Positions 35,401 to 50,720 of a stretch of DNA of 64,000 nt are shown here, piece by piece. Source of the DNA: Eledone cirrhosa. Taxonomy: Eukaryota. Every line of letters begins with the position of its first letter. Position 1 is the first letter of the stretch. The position numbers were made by a program, and so were the translations under genes. Under the pieces are notes generated by a model, which ran no database searches, had not been told where the DNA came from, and saw only the letters and a list, made by a program, of their open reading frames with translations. The stretch lies in the NCBI GenBank assembly GCA_964016885.1, contig OZ024743.1, positions 134,726,001 through 134,790,000 of the forward strand, written 5' to 3'.

Positions 35401-37789
35401 CAAACACTAAACACCAAAAAGCAGACACCAGACAGCAAAACCAAACACCAAACACCAAACTCCAAACAGCAAACACCAAACACCAAGCACCAAACACGAA
35501 GCACCAAGCACCAAATACCTAACACCAAGCACCAAGCACCAAGCACCAAGTACCAAACACCAAGAACTAAGAACCAAACACCAAACACCAAGCACCAAGT
35601 ACAAACACCAAGCACCAAGCACCAAGCACCAAACACCAAGCACCAAGCACCAAACACAAAACACCAAGCACCAAGCATCAAACACCAAGCAGCAAACACC
35701 AAACACCAAGCACCAATCACCAAACACAAAGCACCCAGCACCAAACACCAAGCACCAAGCACCAAGCACCAAACACCAAACTCCAAGCACCAAGCCCCAA
35801 ACACCAAACACCAAGCACCAAGCACCAAGCACCAGGCACCAAACACCAAGCACCAAGCACCAAACACCAAGCACCAAGCACCAAACACCAAATGCCAAAC
35901 ACCAAACACCAAGAACCAAGAACCAAACACCAAGCACCAAGCACCAAGTACAAACATCAAGCACCAAGCACCAAGCACCAAACACCAAGCATCAAGCACC
36001 AAGCAGCAAACACCAAACACCAAGCACCAAGCACCAAACACAAAGCACCCACCACCTAACACCAAGGACCAAGCACCAAGCACCAAGCACCAAAAACCAA
36101 ACACGAAACACAAAACACCAAGCACCAAGCACCAAACACCAAACACCAAGCACCAAGCACCAAGCACCAAACTCCAAACACCAAGCACCAAGCACCAAGC
36201 ACCAGGCACCAAACACCAAGCACCAAGCACCAAACACCAAACACCAAACACCAAACAGCAAACAACATACAGCAAACACCAAACACCAAAAAGCAAACAC
36301 CAAACACCAAACAGCAAACACCAAACAACAAACACCAAACAACAAACACCAAACAGCAAACAGCAAACACCAAGCACCAAGCACCAAACACCAAGCACCA
36401 AGCACCAAACACCAAGCACCAAGCACCAAGCACCAAACACCAAGCACCAAAGACCAAGCACCAAGCACCAAACACCAAGCACCCAGCACCAAACACCAAG
36501 CACCCAGCACCAAACACCAAGCACCAAACACCAACCACTCAGCACCAAGCACCAAACACCAAGCACCAAGCACCAAACACCAAACACCCAGCACCAAACA
36601 CCAAGCACCAAGCACCAAACATCAAGCACCAAGCAACAAGCACCAAACACCAAACACCAAGCACCAAACACCAAACACCAAGCACCAAGCACCAAACACC
36701 AAACACCAAGCACCAAACACCAAACACCAAGCACCAGACACCAAGCACCAAACACCAAACACCAAACACCAAGCACCAAGCACCAAACACCAAACACCAA
36801 GCACCAAGCACCAAACACCAAACACCAAAGACCAAACACCAAACAGCAAACACCAAACACCAAACAGCAAACACCAAACACCAAACACCAAACACCAAAC
36901 AGCAAACACCAAACACCAAGCACCAAACACCAAGCACCAAGCACCAAATACCTAACACCAAGCACCAAGCACCAAGCACCAACCACCAAGCACCAAACAC
37001 CAAGCACCAAACACCAAACATCAAGCACCAAGCACCAAGCACCAAGTACCAAACACCAAGAACCAAGAACCAAACACCAAGCACCAAGCACCAAGTAGAA
37101 ACACCAAGCACCAAGCACCAAGCACCAAACACCAAGCACCAAGCACCAAATACAAAACACCAAGCATCAAACACCAAGCAGCAAACACCAAACACCAAGC
37201 ACCAATCACCAAACACAAAGCACCCAGCACCAAACACCAAGGACCAAGCACCAAGCACCAAGCACCAAACACCAAACTCCAAGCACCAAGCACCAAACAC
37301 CAAACACCAAGCACCAAGCACCAAGCACCAGGCACCAAACACCAAGCACCAAGCACCAAACACCAAGCACCAAACACCAAACGCAAAACACCAAACACCA
37401 AGAACCAAGAACCAAACACCAAGCACCAAGCACCAAGTACAAACACCAAGCACCAAGCACCAAGCACCAAACACCAAGCACCAAGCACCAAACACCAAGG
37501 ACCATGCACCAAGCACCAAGCACCAAAAACCAAACACCAAGTATCAAGCACCAAGCACCAGGCACCAAACACCAAGCACCAAGCACCAAACACCAAGCAC
37601 CAAACACCAAACACCAAACACCAAACACCAAACACCAAACACCAAACAGCAAACAACATACAGCAAACACCAAACACCAAATAGCAAACACCAAACAGCA
37701 AACAGCAAGCACCAAGCACCAAACACCAAACACCAAACACCAAACACCAAGCACCAAGCACCAAACACCAAGCACCAAACACCAAGCAC

Positions 37790-38340
37790 CTAGCACCTAG
37801 CACCAAACACTAAGCACCAAGCACCAAACACCAAGCACCAAGCACCAAACACCAAGCACCAAGCACCAAGCACCAAACACCAAGCACCCAGGACCATAAA
37901 CCAAGCACCCAGCACCAAACACCAAGCACCAAACACCAACCACTCAGCACCAAGCACCAAACACCAAGCACCAAGCACCAAACACCAAACACCAAACACC
38001 AAGCACCAAGCACCAAGCACCAAACACCAAACACCAAGCACCAAGCACCAAACACCAAGCACCAAACACCAAACACCAAACACCAAGCACCAAGCACCAA
38101 ACACCAAGCACCAAACACCAAGCACCTAGCACCAAACACTAAGCACCAAGCACCAAACACCAAGCACCAAGCACCAAACACCAAGCACCAAGCACCAAGC
38201 ACCAAACACCAAGCACCCAGGACCAAAAACCAAGCACCCAGCACCAAACACCAAGCACCAAACACCAACCACTCAGCACCAAGCACCAAACACCAAGCAC
38301 CAAGCACCAAACACCAAACACCAAACACCAAGCACCAAGC
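37790..38340 (-). repeat. 329-bp (47-monomer) tandem doublet recurring in right-arm units
   Basis: The module CCTAGCACCAAACACTAAG...CCCAGGACC...CCACTCAGC is repeated at +329: ORF boundaries 37810/38139, 40765/41094, 47963/48292 and 61261/61590. Confidence 0.8.
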
Positions 38341-41300
38341 ACCAAGCACCAAACACCAAACACCAAACACCAAACACCAAGCACCAGACACCAAGCACCA
38401 AACACCAAACACCAAACACCAAGCACCAAACACCAAGCACCAAGCACCGAATACCAAACACCAAGCACCGAGCACCAAACACCAAGCACCAAAGACCAAA
38501 CACGAAACAGCAAACACCAAACACCATACAGCAAACACTAAACACCAAAAAGCAGACACCAAACAGCAAACACCAAACACCAAACACCAAACACCAAACA
38601 GCAAACACCAAACACCAAGCACCAAGTACCAAACACCAAGAACCAAGAACCAAACACCAAGCACCAAGCACCAAGTTCAAACACCAAGCACCAAGCACCA
38701 AGCACCAAACACCAAGCACCAAACACCAAACAAAAAACACCAAGCACCAAGCATCAAACACCAAGCAGCAAACACCAAACACCAAGCACCAATCACCAAA
38801 CACCAAACACCAAGCACCAAACACCAAACACCAAGCACCAGACACCAAGCACCAAACACTAAACACCAAACACCAAGCACCAAGCACCAAACACCAAACA
38901 CCAAGCAGCAAGCACCAAACACCAAACACCAAGCACCAAACACCAAGCACCAAAGACCAAACACCAAACAGCAAACACCAAACACGAAACAGCAAACACC
39001 ATACAGCAAACACTAAACACCAAAAAGCAGACACCAGACAGCAAAACCAAACACCAAACACCAAACTCCAAACAGCAAACACCAAACACCAAGCACCAAA
39101 CACGAAGCACCAAGCACCAAATACCTAACACCAAGCACCAAGCACCAAGCACCAAGTACCAAACACCAAGAACCAAGAACCAAACACCAAACACCAAGCA
39201 CCAAGTACAAACACCAAGCACCAAGCACCAAGCACCAAACACCAAGCACCAAGCACCAAACACAAAACACCAAGCACCAAGCATCAAACACCAAGCAGCA
39301 AACACCAAACACCAAGCACCAATCACCAAACACAAAGCACCCAGCACCAAACACCAAGGACCAAGCACGAAGCACCAAGCACCAAACACCAAACTCCAAA
39401 CACCAAGCACCAAGCACCAAGCACCAGGCACCAAACACCAAGCACCAAGCACCAAACACCAAGCACCAAGCACCAAACACCAAATGCCAAGCACCAAACA
39501 CCAAGAACCAAGAACCAAACACCAAGCACTAAGCACCAAGTACAAACACCAAGCACCAAGCACCAAGCACCAAACACCAAGCATCAAGCACCAAGCAGCA
39601 AACACCAAACACCAAGCACCAAGCACCAAACACAAAGCACCCAGCACCTAACACCAAGGACCAAGCACCAAGCACCAAGCACCAAAAACCAAACACGAAA
39701 CACAAAACACCAAGCACCAAGCACCAAACACCAAGCACCAAGCACCAAGCACCAAACACCAAACACCAAGCACCAAACACCAAGCACCAAAGACCAAACA
39801 CCAAACAGCAAACACCAAACACCAAACAGCAAACACCAAACAGCAAACACCAAACACCAAACAGCAAACACCAAACACCAAGCACCAAACACCAAGCACC
39901 AAGCACCAAATACCTAACACCAAGCACCAAGCACCAAGCACCAACCACCAAGCACCAAACACCAAGCACCAAACACCAAACATCAAGCACCAAGCACCAA
40001 GCACCAAGTACCAAACACCAAGAACCAAGAACCAAACACCAAGCACCAAGCACCAAGTAGAAACACCAAGCACCAAGCACCAAGCAGCAAACACCAAACA
40101 CCAAGCACCAATCACCAAACACAAAGCACCCTGCACCAAACACCAAGGACCAAGCACCAAGCACCAAGCACCAAACACCAAACACCAAGCACCAAACACC
40201 AAACGCAAAACACCAAACACCAAGAACCAAGAACCAAACACCAAGCACCAAGCACCAAGTACAAACACCAAGCACCAAGCACCAAACACCAAACACCAAG
40301 CACCAAGCACCAAACACAAAACACCAAGCACCAAGCACCAAGCATCAAACACCAAGCAGCAAACACCAAACACCAAGCACCAAGCACCAAGCACCAAACA
40401 CAAAGCACCCAGCACCAAACACCAAGGACCAAGCACCAAGCACCAAGCACCAAAAACCAAACACCAAGCATCAAGCACCAAGCACCAGGCACCAAACACC
40501 AAGCACCAAGCACCAAACACCAAGCACCAAACACCAAACACCAAACACCAAACACCAAACACCAAACACCAAACAGCAAACAACATACAGCAAACACCAA
40601 ACACCAAATAGCAAACACCAAACACCAAACAGCAAACACCAAACAACAAACACCAAACAGCAAACAGCAAACACCAAGCACCAAGCACCAAACATCAAAC
40701 ACCAAACACCAAGCACCAAGCACCAAACACCAAGCACCAAACACCAAGCACCTAGCACCAAACACTAAGCACCAAGCACCAAACACCAAGCACCAAGCAC
40801 CAAACACCAAGCACCAAGCACCAAGCACCAAACACCAAGCACCCAGGACCAAAAACCAAGCACCCAGCACCAAACACCAAGCACCAAACACCAACCACTC
40901 AGCACCAAGCACCAAACACCAAGCACCAAGCACCAAACACCAAACACCAAACACCAAGCACCAAGCACCAAGCACCAAACACCAAACACCAAGCACCAAG
41001 CACCAAACACCAAGCACCAAACACCAAACACCAAACACCAAGCACCAAGCACCAAACACCAAGCACCAAACACCAAGCACCTAGCACCAAACACTAAGCA
41101 CCAAGCACCAAACACCAAGCACCAAGCACCAAACACCAAGCACCAAGCACCAAGCACCAAACACCAAGCACCCAGGACCAAAAACCAAGCACCCAGCACC
41201 AAACACCAAGCACCAAACACCAACCACTCAGCACCAAGCACCAAACACCAAGCACCAAGCACCAAACACCAAACACCAAACACCAAGCACCAAGCACCAA

Positions 41301-43979
41301 GCAACAAACACCAAACACCAAACACCAAGCACCAAACACCAAACACCAAGCACCAGACACCAAGCACCAAACACCAAACACCAAACACCAAGCACCAAGC
41401 ACCAAACACCAAACACCAAACACCAAGCACCAAACACCAAACACCAAGCACCAAACACCAAGCACCAGACACCAAGCACCAAACACCAAACACCAAACAC
41501 CAAGCACCAAACACCAAGCAGCAAGCACCGAATACCAAACACCAAGCACCGAGCACCAAACACCAAGCACCAAAGACCAAACACCAAACAGCAAACACCA
41601 AACACCATACAGCAAACACTAAACACCAAAAAGCAGACACCAAACAGCAAACACCAAACACCAAACACCAAACACCAAACAGCAAACACCAAACACCAAG
41701 CACCAAGTACCAAACACCAAGAACCAAGAACCAAACACCAAGCACCAAGCACCAAGTACAAACACCAAGCACCAAGAAACAAGCACCAAACACCAAGCAC
41801 CAAGCACCAAACACAAAACACCAAGCACCAAGCATCAAACACCAAGCAGCAAACACCAAACACCAAGCACCAATCACCAAACACCAAACACCAAGCACCA
41901 AACACCAAACACCAAGCACCAGACACCAAGCACCAAACACTAAACACCAAACACCAAGCACCAAGCACCAAACACCAAACACCAAGCAGCAAGCACCAAA
42001 CACCAAACACCAAGCACCAAACACCAAGCACCAAAGACCAAACACCAAACAGCAAACACCAAACACGAAACAGCAAACACCATACAGCAAACACTAAACA
42101 CCAAAAAGCAGACACCAGACAGCAAAACCAAACACCAAACACCAAACTCCAAACAGCAAACACCAAACACCAAGCACCAAACACGAAGCACCAAGCACCA
42201 AATACCTAACACCAAGCACCAAGCACCAAGCACCAAGTACCAAACACCAAGAACCAAGAACCAAACACCAAACACCAAGCACCAAGTACAAACACCAAGC
42301 ACCAAGCACCAAGCACCAAACACCAAGCACCAAGCACCAAACACAAAACACCAAGCACCAAGCATCAACACCAAGCAGCAAACACCAAACACCAAGCACC
42401 AATCACCAAACACAAAGCACCCAGCACCAAACACCAAGGACCAAGCACCAAGCACCAAGCACCAAACACCAAACTCCAAACACCAAGCACCAAGCACCAA
42501 GCACCAGGCACCAAACACCAAGCACCAAGCACCAAACACCAAGCACCAAGCACCAAACACCAAATGCCAAACACCAAACACCAAGAACCAAGAACCAAAC
42601 ACCAAGCACCAAGCACCAAGTACAAACACCAAGCACCAAGCACCAAGCACCAAACACCAAGCATCAAGCACCAAGCAGCAAACACCAAACACCAAGCACC
42701 AAGCACCAAACACAAAGCACCCAGCACCTAACACCAAGGACCAAGCACCAAGCACCAAGCACCAAAAACCAAACACGAAACACAAAACACCAAGCACCAA
42801 GCACCAAACACCAAGCACCAAGCACCAAGCACCAAACACCAAACACCAAGCACCAAGCACCAAGCACCAGGCACCAAACACCAAATACCAAACAGCAAAC
42901 AACATACAGCAAACACCAAACACCAAAAAGCAAACACCAAACACCAAACAGCAAACACCAAACAACAAACACCAAACAACAAACACCAAACAGCAAACAG
43001 CAAACACCAAGCACCAAGCACCAAACACCAAGCACCAAGCACCAAACACCAAGCACCAAGCACCAAGCACCAAACACCAAGCACCAAAGACCAAGCACCA
43101 AGCACCAAACACCAAGCACCCAGCACCAAACACCAAGCACCCAGCACCAAACACCAAGCACCAAACACCAACCACTCAGCACCAAGCACCAAACACCAAG
43201 CACCAAGCACCAAACACCAAACACCAAACACCAAGCACCAAGCACCAAGCATCAAACACCAAGCATATAACACCAAACACCAAACACCAAGCACCAAGCA
43301 CCAAAAACCAAATAACAAGCACCAAGCACCCAGCACCAAACACCAAGCACCAAGCACCAAACATCAAGCACCAAGCAACAAGCACCAAACACCAAACACC
43401 AAGCACCAAACACCAAACACCAAGCACCAAGCACCAAACACCAAACACCAAGCACCAAACACCAAGCACCAGACACCAAGCACCAAACACCAAACACCAA
43501 ACACCAGGCACCAAGCACCAAACACAAAGCACCCAGCACCTAACACCAAGGACCAAGCACCAAGCACCAAGCACCAAAAACCAAACACGAAACACAAAAC
43601 ACCAAGCACCAAGCACCAAACACCAAGCACCAAGCACCAAGCACCAAACACCAGACACCAAGCACCAAACACCAAGCACCAAAGACCAAACACCAAACAG
43701 CAAACACCAAACACCAAACAGCAAACACCAAACAGCAAACACCAAACACCAAACAGCAAACACCAAACACCAAGCACCAAACACCAAGCACCAAGCACCA
43801 AATACCTAACACCAAGCACCAAGCACCAAGCACCAACCACCAAGCACCAAACACCAAGCACCAAACACCAAACATCAAGCACCAAGCACCAAGCACCAAG
43901 TACCAAACACCAAGAACCAAGAACCAAACACCAAGCACCAAGCACCAAGTAGAAACACCAAGCACCAAGCACCAAGCAC

Positions 43980-46900
43980 CAAACACCAAGCACCAAGCAC
44001 CAAACACCAAGCACCAAGCACCAAGCACCAAACACCAAGCACCCAGGACCAAAAACCAAGCACCCAGCACCAAACACCAAGCACCAAACACCAACCACTC
44101 AGCACCAAGCACCAAACACCAAGCACCAAGCACCAAACACCAAACACCAAACACCAAGCACCAAGCACCAAGCACCAAACACCAAACACCAAGCACCAAG
44201 CACCAAACACCAAGCACCAAACACCAAACACCAAACACCAAGCACCAAGCACCAAACACCAAGCACCAAACACCAAGCACCTAGCACCAAACACTAAGCA
44301 CCAAGCACCAAACACCAAGCACCAAGCACCAAACACCAAGCACCAAGCACCAAGCACCAAACACCAAGCACCCAGGACCAAAAACCAAGCACCCAGCACC
44401 AAACACCAAGCACCAAACACCAACCACTCAGCACCAAGCACCAAACACCAAGCACCAAGCACCAAACACCAAACACCAAACACCAAGCACCAAGCACCAA
44501 GCAACAAACACCAAACACCAAACACCAAGCACCAAACACCAAACACCAAGCACCAGACACCAAGCACCAAACACCAAACACCAAACACCAAGCACCAAGC
44601 ACCAAACACCAAACACCAAACACCAAGCACCAAACACCAAACACCAAGCACCAAACACCAAGCACCAGACACCAAGCACCAAGCACCAAACACCAAACAC
44701 CAAACACCAAGCACCAAACACCAAGCAGCAAGCACCGAATACCAAACACCAAGCACCGAGCACCAAACACCAAGCACCAAAGACCAAACACCAAACAGCA
44801 AACACCAAACACCATACAGCAAACACTAAACACCAAAAAGCAGACACCAAACAGCAAACACCAAACACCAAACACCAAACACCAAACAGCAAACACCAAA
44901 CACCAAGCACCAAGTACCAAACACCAAGAACCAAGAACCAAACACCAAGCACCAAGCACCAAGTACAAACACCAAGCACCAAGAAACAAGCACCAAACAC
45001 CAAGCACCAAGCACCAAACACAAAACACCAAGCACCAAGCATCAAACACCAAGCAGCAAACACCAAACACCAAGCACCAATCACCAAACACCAAACACCA
45101 AGCACCAAACACCAAACACCAAGCACCAGACACCAAGCACCAAACACTAAACACCAAACACCAAGCACCAAGCACCAAACACCAAACACCAAGCAGCAAG
45201 CACCAAACACCAAACACCAAGCACCAAACACCAAGCACCAAAGACCAAACACCAAACAGCAAACACCAAACACGAAACAGCAAACACCATACAGCAAACA
45301 CTAAACACCAAAAAGCAGACACCAGACAGCAAAACCAAACACCAAACACCAAACTCCAAACAGCAAACACCAAACACCAAGCACCAAACACGAAGCACCA
45401 AGCACCAAATACCTAACACCAAGCACCAAGCACCAAGCACCAAGTACCAAACACCAAGAACCAAGAACCAAACACCAAACACCAAGCACCAAGTACAAAC
45501 ACCAAGCACCAAGCACCAAGCACCAAACACCAAGCACCAAGCACCAAACACAAAACACCAAGCACCAAGCATCAAACACCAAGCAGCAAACACCAAACAC
45601 CAAGCACCAATCACCAAACACAAAGCACCCAGCACCAAACACCAAGGACCAAGCACCAAGCACCAAGCACCAAACACCAAACTCCAAACACCAAGCACCA
45701 AGCACCAAGCACCAGGCACCAAACACCAAGCACCAAGCACCAAACACCAAGCACCAAGCACCAAACACCAAATGCCAAACACCAAACACCAAGAACCAAG
45801 AACCAAACACCAAGCACCAAGCACCAAGTACAAACACCAAGCACCAAGCACCAAGCACCAAACACCAAGCATCAAGCACCAAGCAGCAAACACCAAACAC
45901 CAAGCACCAAGCACCAAACACAAAGCACCCAGCACCTAACACCAAGGACCAAGCACCAAGCACCAAGCACCAAAAACCAAACACGAAACACAAAACACCA
46001 AGCACCAAGCACCAAACACCAAGCACCAAGCACCAAGCACCAAACACCAAACACCAAGCACCAAGCACCAAGCACCAGGCACCAAACACCAAATACCAAA
46101 CAGCAAACAACATACAGCAAACACCAAACACCAAAAAGCAAACACCAAACACCAAACAGCAAACACCAAACAACAAACACCAAACAACAAACACCAAACA
46201 GCAAACAGCAAACACCAAGCACCAAGCACCAAACACCAAGCACCAAGCACCAAACACCAAGCACCAAGCACCAAGCACCAAACACCAAGCACCAAAGACC
46301 AAGCACCAAGCACCAAACACCAAGCACCCAGCACCAAACACCAAGCACCCAGCACCAAACACCAAGCACCAAACACCAACCACTCAGCACCAAGCACCAA
46401 CCACCAAGCACCAAGCACCAAACACCAAACACCAAACACCAAGCACCAAGCACCAAGCATCAAACACCAAGCATATAACACCAAACACCAAACACCAAGC
46501 ACCAAGCACCAAAAACCAAATAACAAGCACCAAGCACCCAGCACCAAACACCAAGCACCAAGCACCAAACATCAAGCACCAAGCAACAAGCACCAAACAC
46601 CAAACACCAAGCACCAAACACCAAACACCAAGCACCATGCACCAAACACCAAACACCAAGCACCAAACACCAAGCACCAGACACCAAGCACCAAACACCA
46701 AACACCAAACACCAGGCACCAAGCACCAAACACAAAGCACCCAGCACCTAACACCAAGGACCAAGCACCAAGCACCAAGCACCAAAAACCAAACACGAAA
46801 CACAAAACACCAAGCACCAAGCACCAAACACCAAGCACCAAGCACCAAGCACCAAACACCAAACACCAAGCACCAAACACCAAGCACCAAAGACCAAACA

Positions 46901-49900
46901 CCAAACAGCAAACACCAAACACCAAACAGCAAACACCAAACAGCAAACACCAAACACCAAACAGCAAACACCAAACACCAAGCACCAAACACCAAGCACC
47001 AAGCACCAAATACCTAACACCAAGCACCAAGCACCAAGCACCAACCACCAAGCACCAAACACCAAGCACCAAACACCAAACATCAAGCACCAAGCACCAA
47101 GCACCAAGTACCAAACACCAAGAACCAAGAACCAAACACCAAGCACCAAGCACCAAGTAGAAACACCAAGCACCAAGCACCAAGCAGCAAACACCAAACA
47201 CCAAGCACCAATCACCAAACACAAAGCACCCTGCACCAAACACCAAGGACCAAGCACCAAGCACCAAGCACCAAACACCAAACTCCAAGCACCAAGCACC
47301 AAACACCAAACACCAAGCACCAAGCACCAAGCACCAGGCACCAAACACCAAGCACCAAGCACCAAACACCAAGCACCAAACACCAAACGCAAAACACCAA
47401 ACACCAAGAACCAAGAACCAAACACCAAGCACCAAGCACCAAGTACAAACACCAAGCACCAAGCACCAAACACCAAACACCAAGCACCAAGCACCAAACA
47501 CAAAACACCAAGCACCAAGCACCAAGCATCAAACACCAAGCAGCAAACACCAAACACCAAGCACCAAGCACCAAGCACCAAACACAAAGCACCCAGCACC
47601 AAACACCAAGGACCAAGCACCAAGCACCAAGCACCAAAAACCAAACACCAAGCATCAAGCACCAAGCACCAGGCACCAAACACCAAGCACCAAGCACCAA
47701 ACACCAAGCACCAAACACCAAACACCAAACACCAAACACCAAACACCAAACACCAAACAGCAAACAACATACAGCAAACACCAAACACCAAATAGCAAAC
47801 ACCAAACACCAAACAGCAAACACCAAACAACAAACACCAAACAACAAACACCAAACAGCAAACAGCAAACACCAAGCACCAAGCACCAAACACCAAACAC
47901 CAAACACCAAGCACCAAGCACCAAACACCAAGCACCAAACACCAAGCACCTAGCACCAAACACTAAGCACCAAGCACCAAACACCAAGCACCAAGCACCA
48001 AACACCAAGCACCAAGCACCAAGCACCAAACACCAAGCACCCAGGACCAAAAACCAAGCACCCAGCACCAAACACCAAGCACCAAACACCAACCACTCAG
48101 CACCAAGCACCAAACAACAAGCACCAAGCACCAAACACCAAACACCAAACACCAAGCACCAAGCACCAAGCACCAAACACCAAACACCAAGCACCAAGCA
48201 CCAAACACCAAGCACCAAACACCAAACACCAAACACCAAGCACCAAGCACCAAACACCAAGCACCAAACACCAAGCACCTAGCACCAAACACTAAGCACC
48301 AGGCACCAAACACCAAGCACCAAGCACCAAACACCAAGCACCAAGCACCAAGCACCAAACACCAAGCACCCAGGACCAAAAACCAGGCACCCAGCACCAA
48401 ACACCAAGCACCAAACACCAACCACTCAGCACCAAGCACCAAACACCAAGCACCAAGCACCAAACACCAAACACCAAACACCAAGCACCAAGCACCAAGC
48501 AACAAACACCAAACACCAAACACCAAGCACCAAACACCAAACACCAAGCACCAGACACCAAGCACCAAACACCAAACACCAAACACCAAGCACCAAGCAC
48601 CAAACACCAAACACCAAACACCAAGCACCAAACACCAAACACCAAGCACCAAACACCAAGCACCAGACACCAAGCACCAAGCACCAAACACCAAACACCA
48701 AACACCAAGCACCAAACACCAAGCAGCAAGCACCGAATACCAAACACCAAGCACCGAGCACCAAACACCAAGCACCAAAGACCAAACACCAAACATAAAA
48801 CACCAAACACCATACAGCAAACACTAAACACCAAAAAGCAGACACCAAACAGCAAACACCAAACACCAAACACCAAACACCAAACAGCAAACACCAAACA
48901 CCAAGCACCAAGTACCAAACACCAAGAACCAAGAACCAAACACCAAGCACCAAGCACCAAGTACAAACACCAAGCACCAAGAAACAAGCACCAAACACCA
49001 AGCACCAAGCACCAAACACAAAACACCAAGCACCAAGCATCAAACACCAAGCAGCAAACACCAAACACCAAGCACCAATCACCAAACACCAAACACCAAG
49101 CACCAAACACCAAACACCAAGCACCAGACACCAAGCACCAAACACTAAACACCAAACACCAAGCACCAAGCACCAAACACCAAACACCAAGCAGCAAGCA
49201 CCAAACACCAAACACCAAGCACCAAACACCAAGCACCAAAGACCAAACACCAAACAGCAAACACCAAACACGAAACAGCAAACACCATACAGCAAACACT
49301 AAACACCAAAAAGCAGACACCAGACAGCAAAACCAAACACCAAACACCAAACTCCAAACAGCAAACACCAAACACCAAGCACCAAACACGAAGCACCAAG
49401 CACCAAATACCTAACACCAAGCACCAAGCACCAAGCACCAAGTACCAAACACCAAGAACCAAGAACCAAACACCAAACACCAAGCACCAAGTACAAACAC
49501 CAAGCACCAAGCACCAAGCACCAAACACCAAGCACCAAGCACCAAACACAAAACACCAAGCACCAAGCATCAAACACCAAGCAGCAAACACCAAACACCA
49601 AGCACCAATCACCAAACACAAAGCACCCAGCACCAAACACCAAGGACCAAGCACCAAGCACCAAGCACCAAACACCAAACTCCAAACACCAAGCACCAAG
49701 CACCAAGCACCAGGCACCAAACACCAAGCACCAAGCACCAAACACCAAGCACCAAGCACCAAACACCAAATGCCAAACACCAAACACCAAGAACCAAGAA
49801 CCAAACACCAAGCACCAAGCACCAAGTACAAACACCAAGCACCAAGCACCAAGCACCAAACACCAAGCATCAAGCACCAAGCAGCAAACACCAAACACCA

Positions 49901-50720
49901 AGCACCAAGCACCAAACACAAAGCACCCAGCACCTAACACCAAGGACCAAGCACCAAGCACCAAGCACCAAAAACCAAACACGAAACACAAAACACCAAG
50001 CACCAAGCACCAAACACCAAGCACCAAGCACCAAGCACCAAACACCAAACACCAAGCACCAAGCACCAAGCACCAGGCACCAAACACCAAACACCAAACA
50101 GCAAACAACATACAGCAAACACCAAACACCAAAAAGCAAACACCAAACACCAAACAGCAAACACCAGACAACAAACACCAAACAACAAACACCAAACAGC
50201 AAACAGCAAACACCAAGCACCAAGCACCAAACACCAAGCACCAAGCACCAAACACCAAGCACCAAGCACCAAGCACCAAACACCAAGCACCAAAGACCAA
50301 GCACCAAGCACCAAACACCAAGCACCCAGCACCAAACACCAAGCACCCAGCACCAAACACCAAGCACCAAACACCAACCACTCAGCACCAAGCACCAAAC
50401 ACCAAGCACCAAGCACCAAACACCAAACACCAAACACCAAGCACCAAGCACCAAGCATCAAACACCAAGCATATAACACCAAACACCAAACACCAAGCAC
50501 CAAGCACCAAAAACCAAATAACAAGCACCAAGCACCCAGCACCAAACACCAAGCACCAAGCACCAAACATCAAGCACCAAGCAACAAGCACCAAACACCA
50601 AACACCAAGCACCAAACACCAAACACCAAGCACCAAGCACCAAACACCAAACACCAAGCACCAAACACCAAGCACCAGACACCAAGCACCAAACACCAAA
50701 CACCAAACACCAGGCACCAA
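43980..50720 (-). repeat. Near-identical duplication with 3998-bp offset (~43980-46720 vs ~47980-50720)
   Basis: ORF pairs 44099/48097, 44294/48292, 44826/48824, 45147/49145 and 45872/49870 are all offset by 3998 with near-identical translations. Confidence 0.85.

Noticed and set aside
35300-35430. Terminal inverted repeats of a transposon, or a replication origin/terminus suggested by the skew flip
   Set aside because: There is no internal element, transposase, target-site duplication or origin motif; the satellite orientation switch fully explains the skew change.
43255-43275. TATA-like motif GCATATAAC (also ~46471, 50469, 53355, 56323, 57014, 57643, 58666, 63481)
   Set aside because: It is two adjacent mutated monomers (AAGCATA + TAACACC) in 7-bp phase, spread by higher-order duplication, with no downstream gene.
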